64,000 bases of DNA from Gammaproteobacteria bacterium (GCA_021773395.1 JAJFKB010000004.1:26087-90086); one strand, 5' to 3'; numbered from the stretch's first letter, positions 36,378 through 45,775 are shown. Numbers and translations are program-made. The notes: a model not told the origin generated them from the letters alone.

Positions 36378-38324
36378 CTACCTATTTAGACGGTTATCAA
36401 TTAGGTCCTGAACCACCGAAGGATCAGCCAGTGTAGAGGTGTCCCCCAATTGCTGATACTCGTTGGCCGCAATCTTTCGCAAGATCCGCCTCATAATCTT
36501 GCCAGAGCGGGTTTTTGGTAACCCCGGCGCCCATTGAATATGATCCGGTGAGGCTATCGGACCAATTTCCTTTCGTACCCACTGTTTGAGTTCATTTGCC
36601 AACTCATCGCTGGGTGTTTCACCATGATTTAAGGTGACATAGACATAGATGCCTTGCCCTTTAATGGCATGCTCGTAGCCGACAACAGCAGCCTCCGAAA
36701 CTTTATCGTGCAGTACCATCGCACTTTCAATTTCGGCTGTCCCCAAACGGTGTCCTGAGACATTCAACACATCATCAACACGCCCGGTAATCCAGTAATC
36801 ACCATCCTGATCACGCCTTGCGCCATCACCTGAAAAATATTTGCCTGGAAAATCGGAAAAATAGGTTTTTTCAAAGCGGTCGTGATCACCATAGACCGAA
36901 CGACTCTGCCCCGGCCAGCTGTCCAGCATCACGAGATTCCCTTCACCAGGCCCTTCCAGCAAATGACCATCCGCATCTACCAGCGCTGGCTGCACACCAA
37001 AGAAGGGCTTGGTAGCTGAGCCAGGTTTTAAATCCGTTGCGCCCGGCAAAGGCGAAATCAGAATTCCGCCGGTTTCTGTTTGCCACCAAGTATCAACGAT
37101 CGGACATTCACCGTTACCGATCGTTTCGTAATACCATTCCCATGCCGCAGGATTAATAGGCTCACCCACCGACCCAAGAATTTTCAGGCTTCTGCGATGA
37201 GTGTCCTGTGCCGCCAGGTCACCATCCGCCATCAACGCTCGTATCGCCGTTGGTGCGGTGTACAGAATATTAACCTGATGTTTATCCACCACCTGGCTCA
37301 TGCGATTCACGCCCGGATAGTTAGGCACACCCTCGAACATGAGTGTGGTCGCACCATTAGCCAGTGGCCCGTAGATGATATAACTGTGGCCAGTCACCCA
37401 GCCGACATCGGCTGTGCACCAATAGATATCCCCATCATGATAATCAAAAACATATTGGTGGGTCATTGCGGCATAAACCATATAACCACCGGTGGTGTGC
37501 ATTAAACCTTTTGGTGCACCCGTGGATCCTGAGGTATAAAGAATAAAGAGCGGATCCTCCGCATTCATCTCTTCTGGAGGACAGTCCGCCGACGCCGATA
37601 CGACAATATCTTCATACCAGATGTCCCTGCCCGCCTGCCAGGCTACTTCTGCACCGGTATATTGAACGGTCACCACCCTTTCGACACAGCCGGTACCCTC
37701 GCGCGTCAGGGCTTCATTGACATTTTCTTTAAGCGGAATGACTCGGCCACCACGAACCCCTTGATCGGCAGTAATGACAGTATTGCTGTGACAGGTTTTG
37801 ATGCGCGTAGCGATCGCATCTGGAGAAAATCCACCAAAGATAACCGAGTGGATGGCGCCAATGCGTGCACAAGCTAAAATAGCCACAGCGGCTTCGGGAA
37901 TCATTGGCATATAAATGGTCACCACATCGCCCTTTTTAACGCCCTGATCCTTCAACCCATTAGCAAACTTACAGACCTGCTGATGCAACTCCCGATAGGT
38001 TATTTTTTTATCAATCTGAGGGTCATCCCCTTCCCAGATAATCGCCACCTGATCGCCCCGTTCAGCCAGATGTCTGTCCAGGCAATTGGCACTGGCGTTC
38101 AGCGTTCCATCCTCGAACCAGTGGATATGTACCTGCCCTTTCTCAAAAGAGGTATCCTTTATCTTGCTGTAAGGCTTGATCCATTCCAATCGCTGGCCAT
38201 GCTCTTCCCAAAACGCTTCCGGATTGATGATGGAGGCGCTATACATCTCTTCGTAGGTCGCTTTATCTGCCCATGCTTTTGCAGCAACTTCAGGTTTAAC
38301 CGGATGAATATGCACTTCAGACAT
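36378..38324 (-). CDS. acs: acetyl-CoA synthetase (AMP-forming)
   Basis: 648 aa. [43 protein letters not shown]. Confidence 0.97.
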   Translation of the reverse strand: MSEVHIHPVKPEVAAKAWADKATYEEMYSASIINPEAFWEEHGQRLEWIKPYSKIKDTSFEKGQVHIHWFEDGTLNASANCLDRHLAERGDQVAIIWEGDDPQIDKKITYRELHQQVCKFANGLKDQGVKKGDVVTIYMPMIPEAAVAILACARIGAIHSVIFGGFSPDAIATRIKTCHSNTVITADQGVRGGRVIPLKENVNEALTREGTGCVERVVTVQYTGAEVAWQAGRDIWYEDIVVSASADCPPEEMNAEDPLFILYTSGSTGAPKGLMHTTGGYMVYAAMTHQYVFDYHDGDIYWCTADVGWVTGHSYIIYGPLANGATTLMFEGVPNYPGVNRMSQVVDKHQVNILYTAPTAIRALMADGDLAAQDTHRRSLKILGSVGEPINPAAWEWYYETIGNGECPIVDTWWQTETGGILISPLPGATDLKPGSATKPFFGVQPALVDADGHLLEGPGEGNLVMLDSWPGQSRSVYGDHDRFEKTYFSDFPGKYFSGDGARRDQDGDYWITGRVDDVLNVSGHRLGTAEIESAMVLHDKVSEAAVVGYEHAIKGQGIYVYVTLNHGETPSDELANELKQWVRKEIGPIASPDHIQWAPGLPKTRSGKIMRRILRKIAANEYQQLGDTSTLADPSVVQDLIDNRLNR

Positions 38325-38482
38325 GAGTCTCTCCTTTTTTTATTGCAGACCATGCATTTCATGGACCTATTAATGAGATAACGAATGATCGCAATGGAAA
38401 CAATATCTTACCTGTTTGGCATTTACTTAAGTGGTTTTACCCCCTCTAAAACAGGAGGCTCTCACGAAAGCATAATCACTAT

Positions 38483-38650
38483 TTTCCCTCTCCCATAGAG
38501 GTTGCCGCGCACTGTCCCCTCTCCCTCCGGGAGTACCTCAAGGGCATTTCAAGGGCTAGGGTGAGGGAAAAATAAAGGTCATACACGTCTATCTATATGG
38601 TACAAGATTCTCCCTCACCTCAATCCTCTCCCAAAGGGAGAGGAGGTATT
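38483..38650. repeat. cluster of REP-like units (CCCTCTCCC..GGGAG, CTAGGGTGAGGG, CCCTCACCTCAATCCTCTCCCAAAGGGAGAGG)
   Basis: Read directly. The units are in mixed orientations. The whole 283-bp segment is bracketed by 18-bp direct repeats (38403-38420 and 38686-38703). Confidence 0.65.
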
Positions 38651-38782
38651 TCTGTCTTGCTTTTCGGCATAAGCAAATGCCATTCATATCTTACCTGTTT
38701 GGCTCATTAAAAACCAAACTAAAGTCTGCCGCCCTTTGAAAACGGGAGCAACCTCAGAAAACGCCTGCAACGGCCAACCTAG

Positions 38783-41284
38783 TCATCCGCTGTATTGCGC
38801 TAATATCGATTTAGGACTTTGTGTGACGGCCTTTCGAGTCACCAGATACCCCACGCCAGCAATCACTATTGCAGCCGCAAACGGCAAAGCAAACCATATC
38901 CAGATAACCAGCTCTCGATCCATGCGAAACAGGCGTCCATAAATATAGGTATTAATCATTTCGGCACCCAGTACAGCCAGCACACCGCTGAGAAGCCCCA
39001 GCATACCAAACTCCATCAAATTGTTGAGCGCGATAAATCGACGCCGCGCCCCCAGTGCACGCATTAACGCGCCCTCTCTGAGTCGCTCCCCCAAACTACT
39101 TTGAACGGCGGCCATCAATACCAAAAAACCGGTTAGCAGCACAAATACCAGCATGAGCTCTACGGCTGATGTCACCTGCCGCAAAATAGTACGAATTTGC
39201 TGAATAATCACATCCACTTCCAGAACTGTGACCGACGGAAACTGACTGACGAGGTCAATCAACAAACTCCGCTGCATCTCCTCTAATCGAAAACTGGTGA
39301 TGTAAGTAACAGGCAAGCCATCCAGCGCGCCCGGCGGTAAAATCATATAAAAATTCGGCGAAAAGTTTTCCCACTGCACGGTACGCAAACTCCGGACGCT
39401 AAATTGTCTCTGCACACCCGCTATATTAAAAACCAAACGATCTCCAAGTTTGATATTCAGCCTTTTCGCCAGCTCGGCCTCTACGGAAACAACATCTTTT
39501 TGGGCATTTTGACTCTCCCACCAGGCGCCATCAATAATTCTGTTATCGTCGGGTATGGTAGGGCTCCAGGTCAGATTCAGTTCTCTGTTTATCGATTCAT
39601 CATTACCAACCGGATCAACCCCACCAGGTTTTAGCAATCGATCATTTATGGCCATTAACCGACCACGAACCATCGGATAAACAGGTTCTCTACTGATGGA
39701 CCGTTGATCCAGAAACTGCTCAAACTGCTCGACTTCCTGCGGCAAAATGTTGAACGCAAAGTTATTGGGTGCGTCTTCCGGCAGCTGATTTTGCCAATTA
39801 CCCAGCAATTCCGTTCTTAACTGGGCAATAACCAGCATTAGCATCATCGTGACAGCAAAAGCTATGATTTGTCCGCTATTGCTACGAGCACGTCTGGCTA
39901 GAGTCGCCATTCCACGACCCGCCAATGAGTGCCTGAATCCAGAAATATTAACCCTGAGCCGCAGCAGACCGTAAACTAATGCCGCTAAAAGCAGTATCAG
40001 TACACCGACCGCGCTGAAAATCAGCAGTGTCAGCCAGATCTCCCTGGATAAAAGCACCACTAAAAGCAACAGCGCTGATAGCGCGACAGAATAGACAGTC
40101 CAGGCGCTCAGTGTCAGAGGAAGGAGATTGCGACGTATTACCCGTAAGGGGGGCACCTGTTTGAGCTTTAAAATCGGCGGCAATACCATTCCCCAAAGAA
40201 TAATAAATCCCGTAACAAACCCGGTTAGCAGAGGCTTAACGCCGGCGACTGGCAGCCTGGAAGGGATCAGTTCCTCTAACAGAGACAATAGCACCAGGTG
40301 CACATACCAGCCCAGCAAACAACCCACCACCCCTGCCAGCAATGCCAGCAATAGCATCTGAATCAAATAGAGATGCATGATCGTTTTTTGTGTTGCTCCC
40401 AGGCAGCGCAACATAGCGCTGACATCAAACTGGCGTTCACTATAGCCTTGTGCTGTGACCGCTATCGCAACAGACGCCAATAAAACTGCCATCAAAGCAA
40501 TGAGTCTAAGATAACGATCCGCGTTATTCAGCGCTTTGCTAGTGCCGCCCTTATCGGAGCGAATATCGATCAGCTTTTGTCCAGGCCCAAGTTGCGGAGC
40601 TAACCAGTCAGCAAACGATTTAACATTTTCTCCAGCATATAAATAGCTGTAGCGAACCCTGCTACCTGGCTGCACCACCTTTGTTTCATCCAGGTCATCA
40701 TGATTCATTAGCACCCGTGGCGAGAGATTAAAAAAATTGCTGCCGCGATCCGGCTCAAAGGTTAATACCCTGGTCACTGTGAAGGTTTTCACGCCAATGC
40801 TAATAGTCTCACCAAGGGTGATCCCCAGCCGGTCGATCACCCGCCGATCGGCCCAAACTTCCCCTTTATCTGGACGCTTTGAAACCGCATAATCATTACC
40901 ATAGCGGGTATCAGCAACACGCGGTTGCCCTCTCAGAGGGTATCCCGCACCAGCAGCCTTGACACTGGCCAGCAGAATCTTATCGTTACTCATTAATACC
41001 GTGCCGAACTCCGCCAGCTGCGTGGTCTGCAACCCGAATTCCAATGCAAAATCAAGCCATTCACGGTCAGGTGGTCGTGAACTCCGCAACACCAGATCGC
41101 CACCGATCAGCTCCGCCGATTGGGCCAGCAACGCTCTGCCGAGTCGATCCGAAAATAGACTGATGGTTGTCGTAGTCGCCACCGCAAGCACCAGTGCAAA
41201 CGCCAGTATACGAAATTCGCCCGATCGCGCTTCGCGTCGCGCAAATAATCCAGCAAGTCTGATCAGTTTCATCATTGGGCTCAT
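38783..41284 (-). CDS. ybbP: FtsX-domain ABC transporter permease YbbP
   Basis: 833 aa with two FtsX-like 4-TM modules separated by large periplasmic domains. Downstream of ybbA, as in E. coli. Confidence 0.85.
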   Translation of the reverse strand: MSPMMKLIRLAGLFARREARSGEFRILAFALVLAVATTTTISLFSDRLGRALLAQSAELIGGDLVLRSSRPPDREWLDFALEFGLQTTQLAEFGTVLMSNDKILLASVKAAGAGYPLRGQPRVADTRYGNDYAVSKRPDKGEVWADRRVIDRLGITLGETISIGVKTFTVTRVLTFEPDRGSNFFNLSPRVLMNHDDLDETKVVQPGSRVRYSYLYAGENVKSFADWLAPQLGPGQKLIDIRSDKGGTSKALNNADRYLRLIALMAVLLASVAIAVTAQGYSERQFDVSAMLRCLGATQKTIMHLYLIQMLLLALLAGVVGCLLGWYVHLVLLSLLEELIPSRLPVAGVKPLLTGFVTGFIILWGMVLPPILKLKQVPPLRVIRRNLLPLTLSAWTVYSVALSALLLLVVLLSREIWLTLLIFSAVGVLILLLAALVYGLLRLRVNISGFRHSLAGRGMATLARRARSNSGQIIAFAVTMMLMLVIAQLRTELLGNWQNQLPEDAPNNFAFNILPQEVEQFEQFLDQRSISREPVYPMVRGRLMAINDRLLKPGGVDPVGNDESINRELNLTWSPTIPDDNRIIDGAWWESQNAQKDVVSVEAELAKRLNIKLGDRLVFNIAGVQRQFSVRSLRTVQWENFSPNFYMILPPGALDGLPVTYITSFRLEEMQRSLLIDLVSQFPSVTVLEVDVIIQQIRTILRQVTSAVELMLVFVLLTGFLVLMAAVQSSLGERLREGALMRALGARRRFIALNNLMEFGMLGLLSGVLAVLGAEMINTYIYGRLFRMDRELVIWIWFALPFAAAIVIAGVGYLVTRKAVTQSPKSILAQYSG

Positions 41285-41360
41285 TGAACTCTATTCATCT
41301 TAACGCCGTTGATCCGGCTGTGACGTGACGCCAGGATACGCTTGTCATGGGAAGAGAGGC

Positions 41361-42059
41361 TTAATCCACAAGATAATCATCTGTGATTCGTCCTGCCTCC
41401 AGTTTAATAGCACGTTCACAGCGACTGGCCAGGTGCTCATCATGGGTAACCATTACCAGCGTGGTTGCCTGTTCACGATTCAATTCGAAAAGCAAATCGA
41501 TAATCTTTTCGCCGGTCGCGTTATCCAGATTACCCGTTGGCTCATCCGCAAACAGAATTGAAGGATTGGTCACAAAAGCCCGTGCAATAGCCACCCGCTG
41601 CTGTTCTCCACCAGACAACTGATTGGGATAATGTGTTTCGCGATTTTCTAAACCGACACGTTCCAGGTAAGCCCGGGCTTTCCCGGCAGGATCATCATCT
41701 CCCCGAATCTCCAGAGGTAACAGCACGTTTTCCAGCGCTGTCAGACTGGGTAACAATTGAAAGGACTGAAAAACAAAGCCTACATGTTGGCCTCTTACCT
41801 GAGCCCGCCCGTCTTCATCAAGTTGATTAAGATGATGACCGAATAAGACAACCTCCCCGCTGGTCGGCACATCCAATCCCGCCAACAAGCCCAGCAAAGT
41901 AGATTTACCGGATCCTGATACACCGATGACCGCGACAGATTGTCCAGACTTGATCTCCAAACTTACCTCAGACAAAATGGTCAAACCCGTATTAGCAATT
42001 GCAACTCGCTGAGTGAGATTACGTGCTATTAACACCGTCGGAGGTAAAGACATTTCCAT
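41361..42059 (-). CDS. ybbA: ABC transporter ATP-binding protein YbbA
   Basis: 232 aa. GVSGSGKST (Walker A), LSGGEQQRVAIARA (signature), ILFADEPTGNLD (Walker B). Colinear with E. coli YbbA. Confidence 0.92.
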   Translation of the reverse strand: MEMSLPPTVLIARNLTQRVAIANTGLTILSEVSLEIKSGQSVAVIGVSGSGKSTLLGLLAGLDVPTSGEVVLFGHHLNQLDEDGRAQVRGQHVGFVFQSFQLLPSLTALENVLLPLEIRGDDDPAGKARAYLERVGLENRETHYPNQLSGGEQQRVAIARAFVTNPSILFADEPTGNLDNATGEKIIDLLFELNREQATTLVMVTHDEHLASRCERAIKLEAGRITDDYLVD

Positions 42060-42651
42060 GCAACGTATCCTGAGTACCTTATTGATCTTTGTTTTTTCAA
42101 CTATTGTATCTGCAAAAACTGTTTTGGTGGTAGGTGACAGCTTAAGCGCTGCCTACAACATGCCATTGGATGCAGGCTGGGTGCAACTGCTACACCAACG
42201 CATCCAGCCAGCACATATAGTCGTCAACGCCAGCATTAGCGGAGACACTTCGGCTGGCGGATTATCCCGTATAGGTCACTCATTGAAACAGCACAAACCC
42301 GACATTGTCATTCTGGAACTGGGCGCAAATGATGGGCTTCGAGGGCTACCGCTGCAACAAATGAAAAACAATCTGGCCAGCATGATACGTCTGTCCCAAC
42401 TGTCAGGCGCCGAAGTTATTCTTGCCGGAATGGAACTGCCACCTAACTATGGCCCAGCTTATAACCAAAAGTTCCGTCGAATATATAGCGAACTGGACGA
42501 GGAGCACAAAATCAGACTCGTGCCTTTTATCCTGGCCAGGGTTGCCGGGAAAGATCAGTTTATACAAGCAGACGGGCTGCATCCAAATGAAAGCGCACAA
42601 CCCCTGATTATGGAAAATGTTTGGCCCCACCTGGAGAAACTACTTTTGTAA
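42058..42651 (+). CDS. tesA: SGNH/GDSL thioesterase I / protease I / lysophospholipase L1 (TesA)
   Basis: Start set at ATG 42058 (MQRILSTLLIFVFSTIVSA signal peptide). VVGDSLSAAY, NASISGDTS, LELGANDGLRG, DGLHPN. Confidence 0.9.
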   Translation: MQRILSTLLIFVFSTIVSAKTVLVVGDSLSAAYNMPLDAGWVQLLHQRIQPAHIVVNASISGDTSAGGLSRIGHSLKQHKPDIVILELGANDGLRGLPLQQMKNNLASMIRLSQLSGAEVILAGMELPPNYGPAYNQKFRRIYSELDEEHKIRLVPFILARVAGKDQFIQADGLHPNESAQPLIMENVWPHLEKLLL

Positions 42652-42712
42652 GCGCCGCCTTAAGAAGAGGTCGAAGTCAGCAATGCCTCCGCACCCTGGC
42701 AGGTTTATGTAG

Positions 42713-43825
42713 TTAGACTGCTGCAGTTTCTGCATCGGACTTATCAAAACGTCGCTTCCAGGATTTGCGTACCAGATGTGGTATCAGCAAATAAAGAGGC
42801 ATCCTGAGGTAGTGCGAGCGGATATACAGCAACCAACGCGCAAAACCCGTACCCGGCAGATCACAACTGGGATGATCTGGGCGCAATGCTCTTAAAAACA
42901 GTCCGTCCATTACTTTTTTCATAACAAAGTTGGGAGCACCGGCTGCCGCATCCTGCATGACCGTATCCGGTATCTCAGCCGCTAAAATCTGCTGTGCATA
43001 ATGCAGCCCGTAATAGAGGGGCCGAATTAAGTCCAGTTCTATTGCTCGCGGAACCAGGCGATCCCAGAACCCAGACTCATTTTCTGAAAAGTAACGCAGC
43101 AGCTCTTTGATATCAACCAGATCCCTGAGGCCGTGATCAAACTCACCTTCGTGGAACAGATGCGTGGCGCTGTGGATCACCATATCTTCGGGGCAGAGGG
43201 TGTAAACATTGTCTATCTGTGTTTTACGAAGCCGCTCAAACAACAGACTCGTGTTTGGATGATATTTAGCCGTTAGCGGCAGGATGGCATGATGAATATC
43301 AAGTGTTGTACCGTTTTTTAAATTCCTCATCGGCGGCAATTCATGCATCCATTTTCTGTAATAGAACTTGTCATAATTCGTTAAATTTACAGTAAACCAG
43401 CCTTTCCAGTTTAACGCGTCTGCTACGTGATCTAACTCGGCATGCGCTACCAGACAATCAATATCATTAAAAGATCTGCCAACGGAATGGCCCATCCCAG
43501 AGATCATGTAAGCCGCACCTTTCAATAATACAAGCGGCTGATCCTGCCTTAAAAATATTTTAGCCAGTCCTTTGACTTGCCAATCTACTTCCACTTTCTG
43601 GCGTTCCCAAAAGGTGAGTGCAGCTTGAAAATGTGCTTTTACTCTGTCAGAGAAATCTGCTTTTGGTATTTGGTAAATAAGACGATTGCCAACACTCCCC
43701 ATCAATAAAGAGGACTTGCACTGCCTTATTAGCAGCTCCCAGTCAGAGTCATTAAACTGATCCTGAATCTTAGCATTGCGAAGCAGTGATAACAGCAAAC
43801 TGGTTTGTTCAGGCAAGGCCATCAA
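42713..43825 (-). CDS. nucleotidyltransferase-fold protein (PF14907-type 'uncharacterised nucleotidyltransferase')
   Basis: 370 aa. GRSFNDIDCLVAHAELDHVADAL and TTLDIHHAILP match the remembered NTP_transf_5 pattern. Its start overlaps the kinase gene by 17 nt. Confidence 0.7.
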   Translation of the reverse strand: MMALPEQTSLLLSLLRNAKIQDQFNDSDWELLIRQCKSSLLMGSVGNRLIYQIPKADFSDRVKAHFQAALTFWERQKVEVDWQVKGLAKIFLRQDQPLVLLKGAAYMISGMGHSVGRSFNDIDCLVAHAELDHVADALNWKGWFTVNLTNYDKFYYRKWMHELPPMRNLKNGTTLDIHHAILPLTAKYHPNTSLLFERLRKTQIDNVYTLCPEDMVIHSATHLFHEGEFDHGLRDLVDIKELLRYFSENESGFWDRLVPRAIELDLIRPLYYGLHYAQQILAAEIPDTVMQDAAAGAPNFVMKKVMDGLFLRALRPDHPSCDLPGTGFARWLLYIRSHYLRMPLYLLIPHLVRKSWKRRFDKSDAETAAV

Positions 43826-44531
43826 TCATTCCTACGCCGATATCCAGGTCACCATTATATGAAAGTTCGTAACAGCTTGACTCCCGCATTAAGTGCTTCA
43901 TCGCATTAAAACCGTCGACACCAAGAATTCCATAATTAAAGGATAGCTCAGCCATCCGCATAAAAGTCGTCCCATCAGGAACTTTGCGCACCTCATTGTC
44001 AGCTTCTCTATCGTACCGGGGAATCACAATAAACCGGGGAGATACTGATTGCTGGGCCTTCTGGATACTATGTCCTGGAACTTTAAGATGAGCGACAGTC
44101 CCTTTTTGTGTGTCTTTCACCACATCACCGATTTGGGCATTGGAATCAAATTGCCGGATAATATCGATCGAATCATTTTTAAGACTCACTGGCCTGGGTA
44201 TTGGCACTAAACTATTGGTCTTCCAGTCATAGAGCGTCAACTCATCAGATAGTAGCCGCCAACCCCTTAACATCAGTGCTGCGGTCAATGTACTTTTACC
44301 CGCTCCGGGAAATCCAGGCATAATAATTGCGACACCATTTTTTTCTAAAACTCCAGCGTGAATAATTAAAAATTGGTGGCAATTCTGCGCGACACACCAA
44401 TTCAACCCCCATTCAAAAAAAGGGAATGCCTGATCTAAAGGGAGTGGTTTGAAGGGTGCCAGTTGATCCGCATAGAAATTCACCTGCTTTCTAAAATAAC
44501 GATGAATACCTTTGGATTGCCTTAAACACAC
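43809..44531 (-). CDS. HPr-kinase-related kinase ('HprK-related kinase A' type); true N-terminus probably extends upstream to about 44700
   Basis: P-loop MPGFPGAGKSTLTAAL followed by WRLLSDELTLY. The EWGLNW string is typical of this family. The track ORF starts at GTG 44531, but the same frame is open back to 44738 and encodes family-like sequence (see findings). Confidence 0.75.
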   Translation of the reverse strand: MCLRQSKGIHRYFRKQVNFYADQLAPFKPLPLDQAFPFFEWGLNWCVAQNCHQFLIIHAGVLEKNGVAIIMPGFPGAGKSTLTAALMLRGWRLLSDELTLYDWKTNSLVPIPRPVSLKNDSIDIIRQFDSNAQIGDVVKDTQKGTVAHLKVPGHSIQKAQQSVSPRFIVIPRYDREADNEVRKVPDGTTFMRMAELSFNYGILGVDGFNAMKHLMRESSCYELSYNGDLDIGVGMIDGLA

Positions 44532-44707
44532 AAAAAAATCTGCGAATGCAGATGATTCTTGCTGAGGGTAATCAGTATAAAAAAACTCAACACCAGCCAG
44601 GACACTGGGGATATCGGACTGTACTCGAACTCTAACGGGGCCTATTTCTACAACGAACTCGCCGGCGTGAAGAAGTTGTTTAAAATTATTAAGTTTACTT
44701 ATCTTCC

Positions 44708-45004
44708 TTATTCCCTTTCTTCTATAAGGAAAATTTCCTTAAGCGATTCCAGAGTATCGGTTAAGCTCTGCGGCGATTCTGACGCTGATGTATCGCTTAT
44801 CGGCCACCGCAAATCTCCTTCAGGCAAACTCTTATGTTCTAGCAAAAGAAACAGCACGTTAGCCGCATTATTATCTAAAAGGTGTGTATTGCCTGTACCA
44901 GGGTGATAAACGAGATAGCCATCTTCCATCTCACACAAATCAAATTCGACTGGCACCAACTGCCAATTCCCTACACTCAACTTAATTTGCCCAACCCAAA
45001 TCAA
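44708..45004 (-). CDS. PqqD-family protein (HPr-rel-A-system type)
   Basis: 98 aa. GYLVYHPGTGNTHLLDNNAANVLFLLLEHKSL...LTDTLESLKEIFLIE follows the RRE/PqqD beta3-alpha3 pattern. The TTG start lies 6 nt after the upstream stop. Confidence 0.7.
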   Translation of the reverse strand: MIWVGQIKLSVGNWQLVPVEFDLCEMEDGYLVYHPGTGNTHLLDNNAANVLFLLLEHKSLPEGDLRWPISDTSASESPQSLTDTLESLKEIFLIEERE

Positions 45005-45010
45005 GCTGGA

Positions 45011-45775
45011 TTAATGATAGGTACGATTAAAGAAGTCCTTTAAATCACCGGCATACAGTTTGTTACCACCACTGGTTTGATAATAATCATATCCACTAAG
45101 GGCATATTCACGATACATATCAACTACTAGCGCCGGACTAATATAAAAAGCAAAATTCTTCGGGTTGCCGTTGGCAAATAAATTAGCATTGAGATAACCT
45201 GCCACGAAATGTCGTTCAACAGAATTACTATCCTCCATTACCTGCAGCAAAGTGGTCGCTGAATCACCATTACCTGGAAGAACGCCGAACTTAGCATAAA
45301 AGGTACTCGGTACGCCACTAGTTGGCAGATCGACTCCGTGATGTTCATAGAAATTTATTTCAAGCGTTGTTTTATCACCTCTATCGTTAACTACAATGTC
45401 AATAGTATGGTCGCGCGGATATGGGTAACACCCAGCAGCTACCCAGTCATGTACGCTGCCATCTTGATTTCCACCTTTTCTTGCATTTTCGCGCCAACCA
45501 CCGGGCGAGAAACCTCCACAACGAAAAGCCAGATCATGGTTGCCAGACATATTACCCGACATAAAGCCCGATGGAGAACAGATATAGCCTAGCCTGCCGT
45601 CCCCAAGGACGGAGCTGCTCGCCAAAGTAGCCAGCACGGCGGTCCCACCAAAAACCAGTTTCCTTCGCGCTTGAACAGGTGCTTTGTCAGCTTCCCCTTT
45701 ACTTGGGATCAAAGCTCCCTGCGTTTCACTTGATTGATCTTTATTATCCACTTTGCCAACCATAATAGTCCTCAT
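45011..45775 (-). CDS. secreted orphan protein (RR-containing signal-like N-terminus), no recognisable family
   Basis: 254 aa. Long polar N-region, ARRKLVFGGTAVLATLASSSVLG hydrophobic core, then a Cys/Gly-rich segment (YICSPSGFMSGNMSGNHDLAFRCGGFSPGGW). First gene of the cassette. Confidence 0.6.
   Translation of the reverse strand: MRTIMVGKVDNKDQSSETQGALIPSKGEADKAPVQARRKLVFGGTAVLATLASSSVLGDGRLGYICSPSGFMSGNMSGNHDLAFRCGGFSPGGWRENARKGGNQDGSVHDWVAAGCYPYPRDHTIDIVVNDRGDKTTLEINFYEHHGVDLPTSGVPSTFYAKFGVLPGNGDSATTLLQVMEDSNSVERHFVAGYLNANLFANGNPKNFAFYISPALVVDMYREYALSGYDYYQTSGGNKLYAGDLKDFFNRTYH

Noticed and set aside
42013-42057. Upstream extension of tesA
   Set aside because: It would overlap ybbA by 47 nt and add 15 residues before the signal peptide. 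ATG 42058 with ggaggt upstream fits TesA homologues.
44559-44906. 115-aa plus-strand ORF antisense to the PqqD/kinase junction
   Set aside because: It is antisense to sequence that encodes family-like protein on the minus strand, and it has no motif or Shine-Dalgarno sequence.
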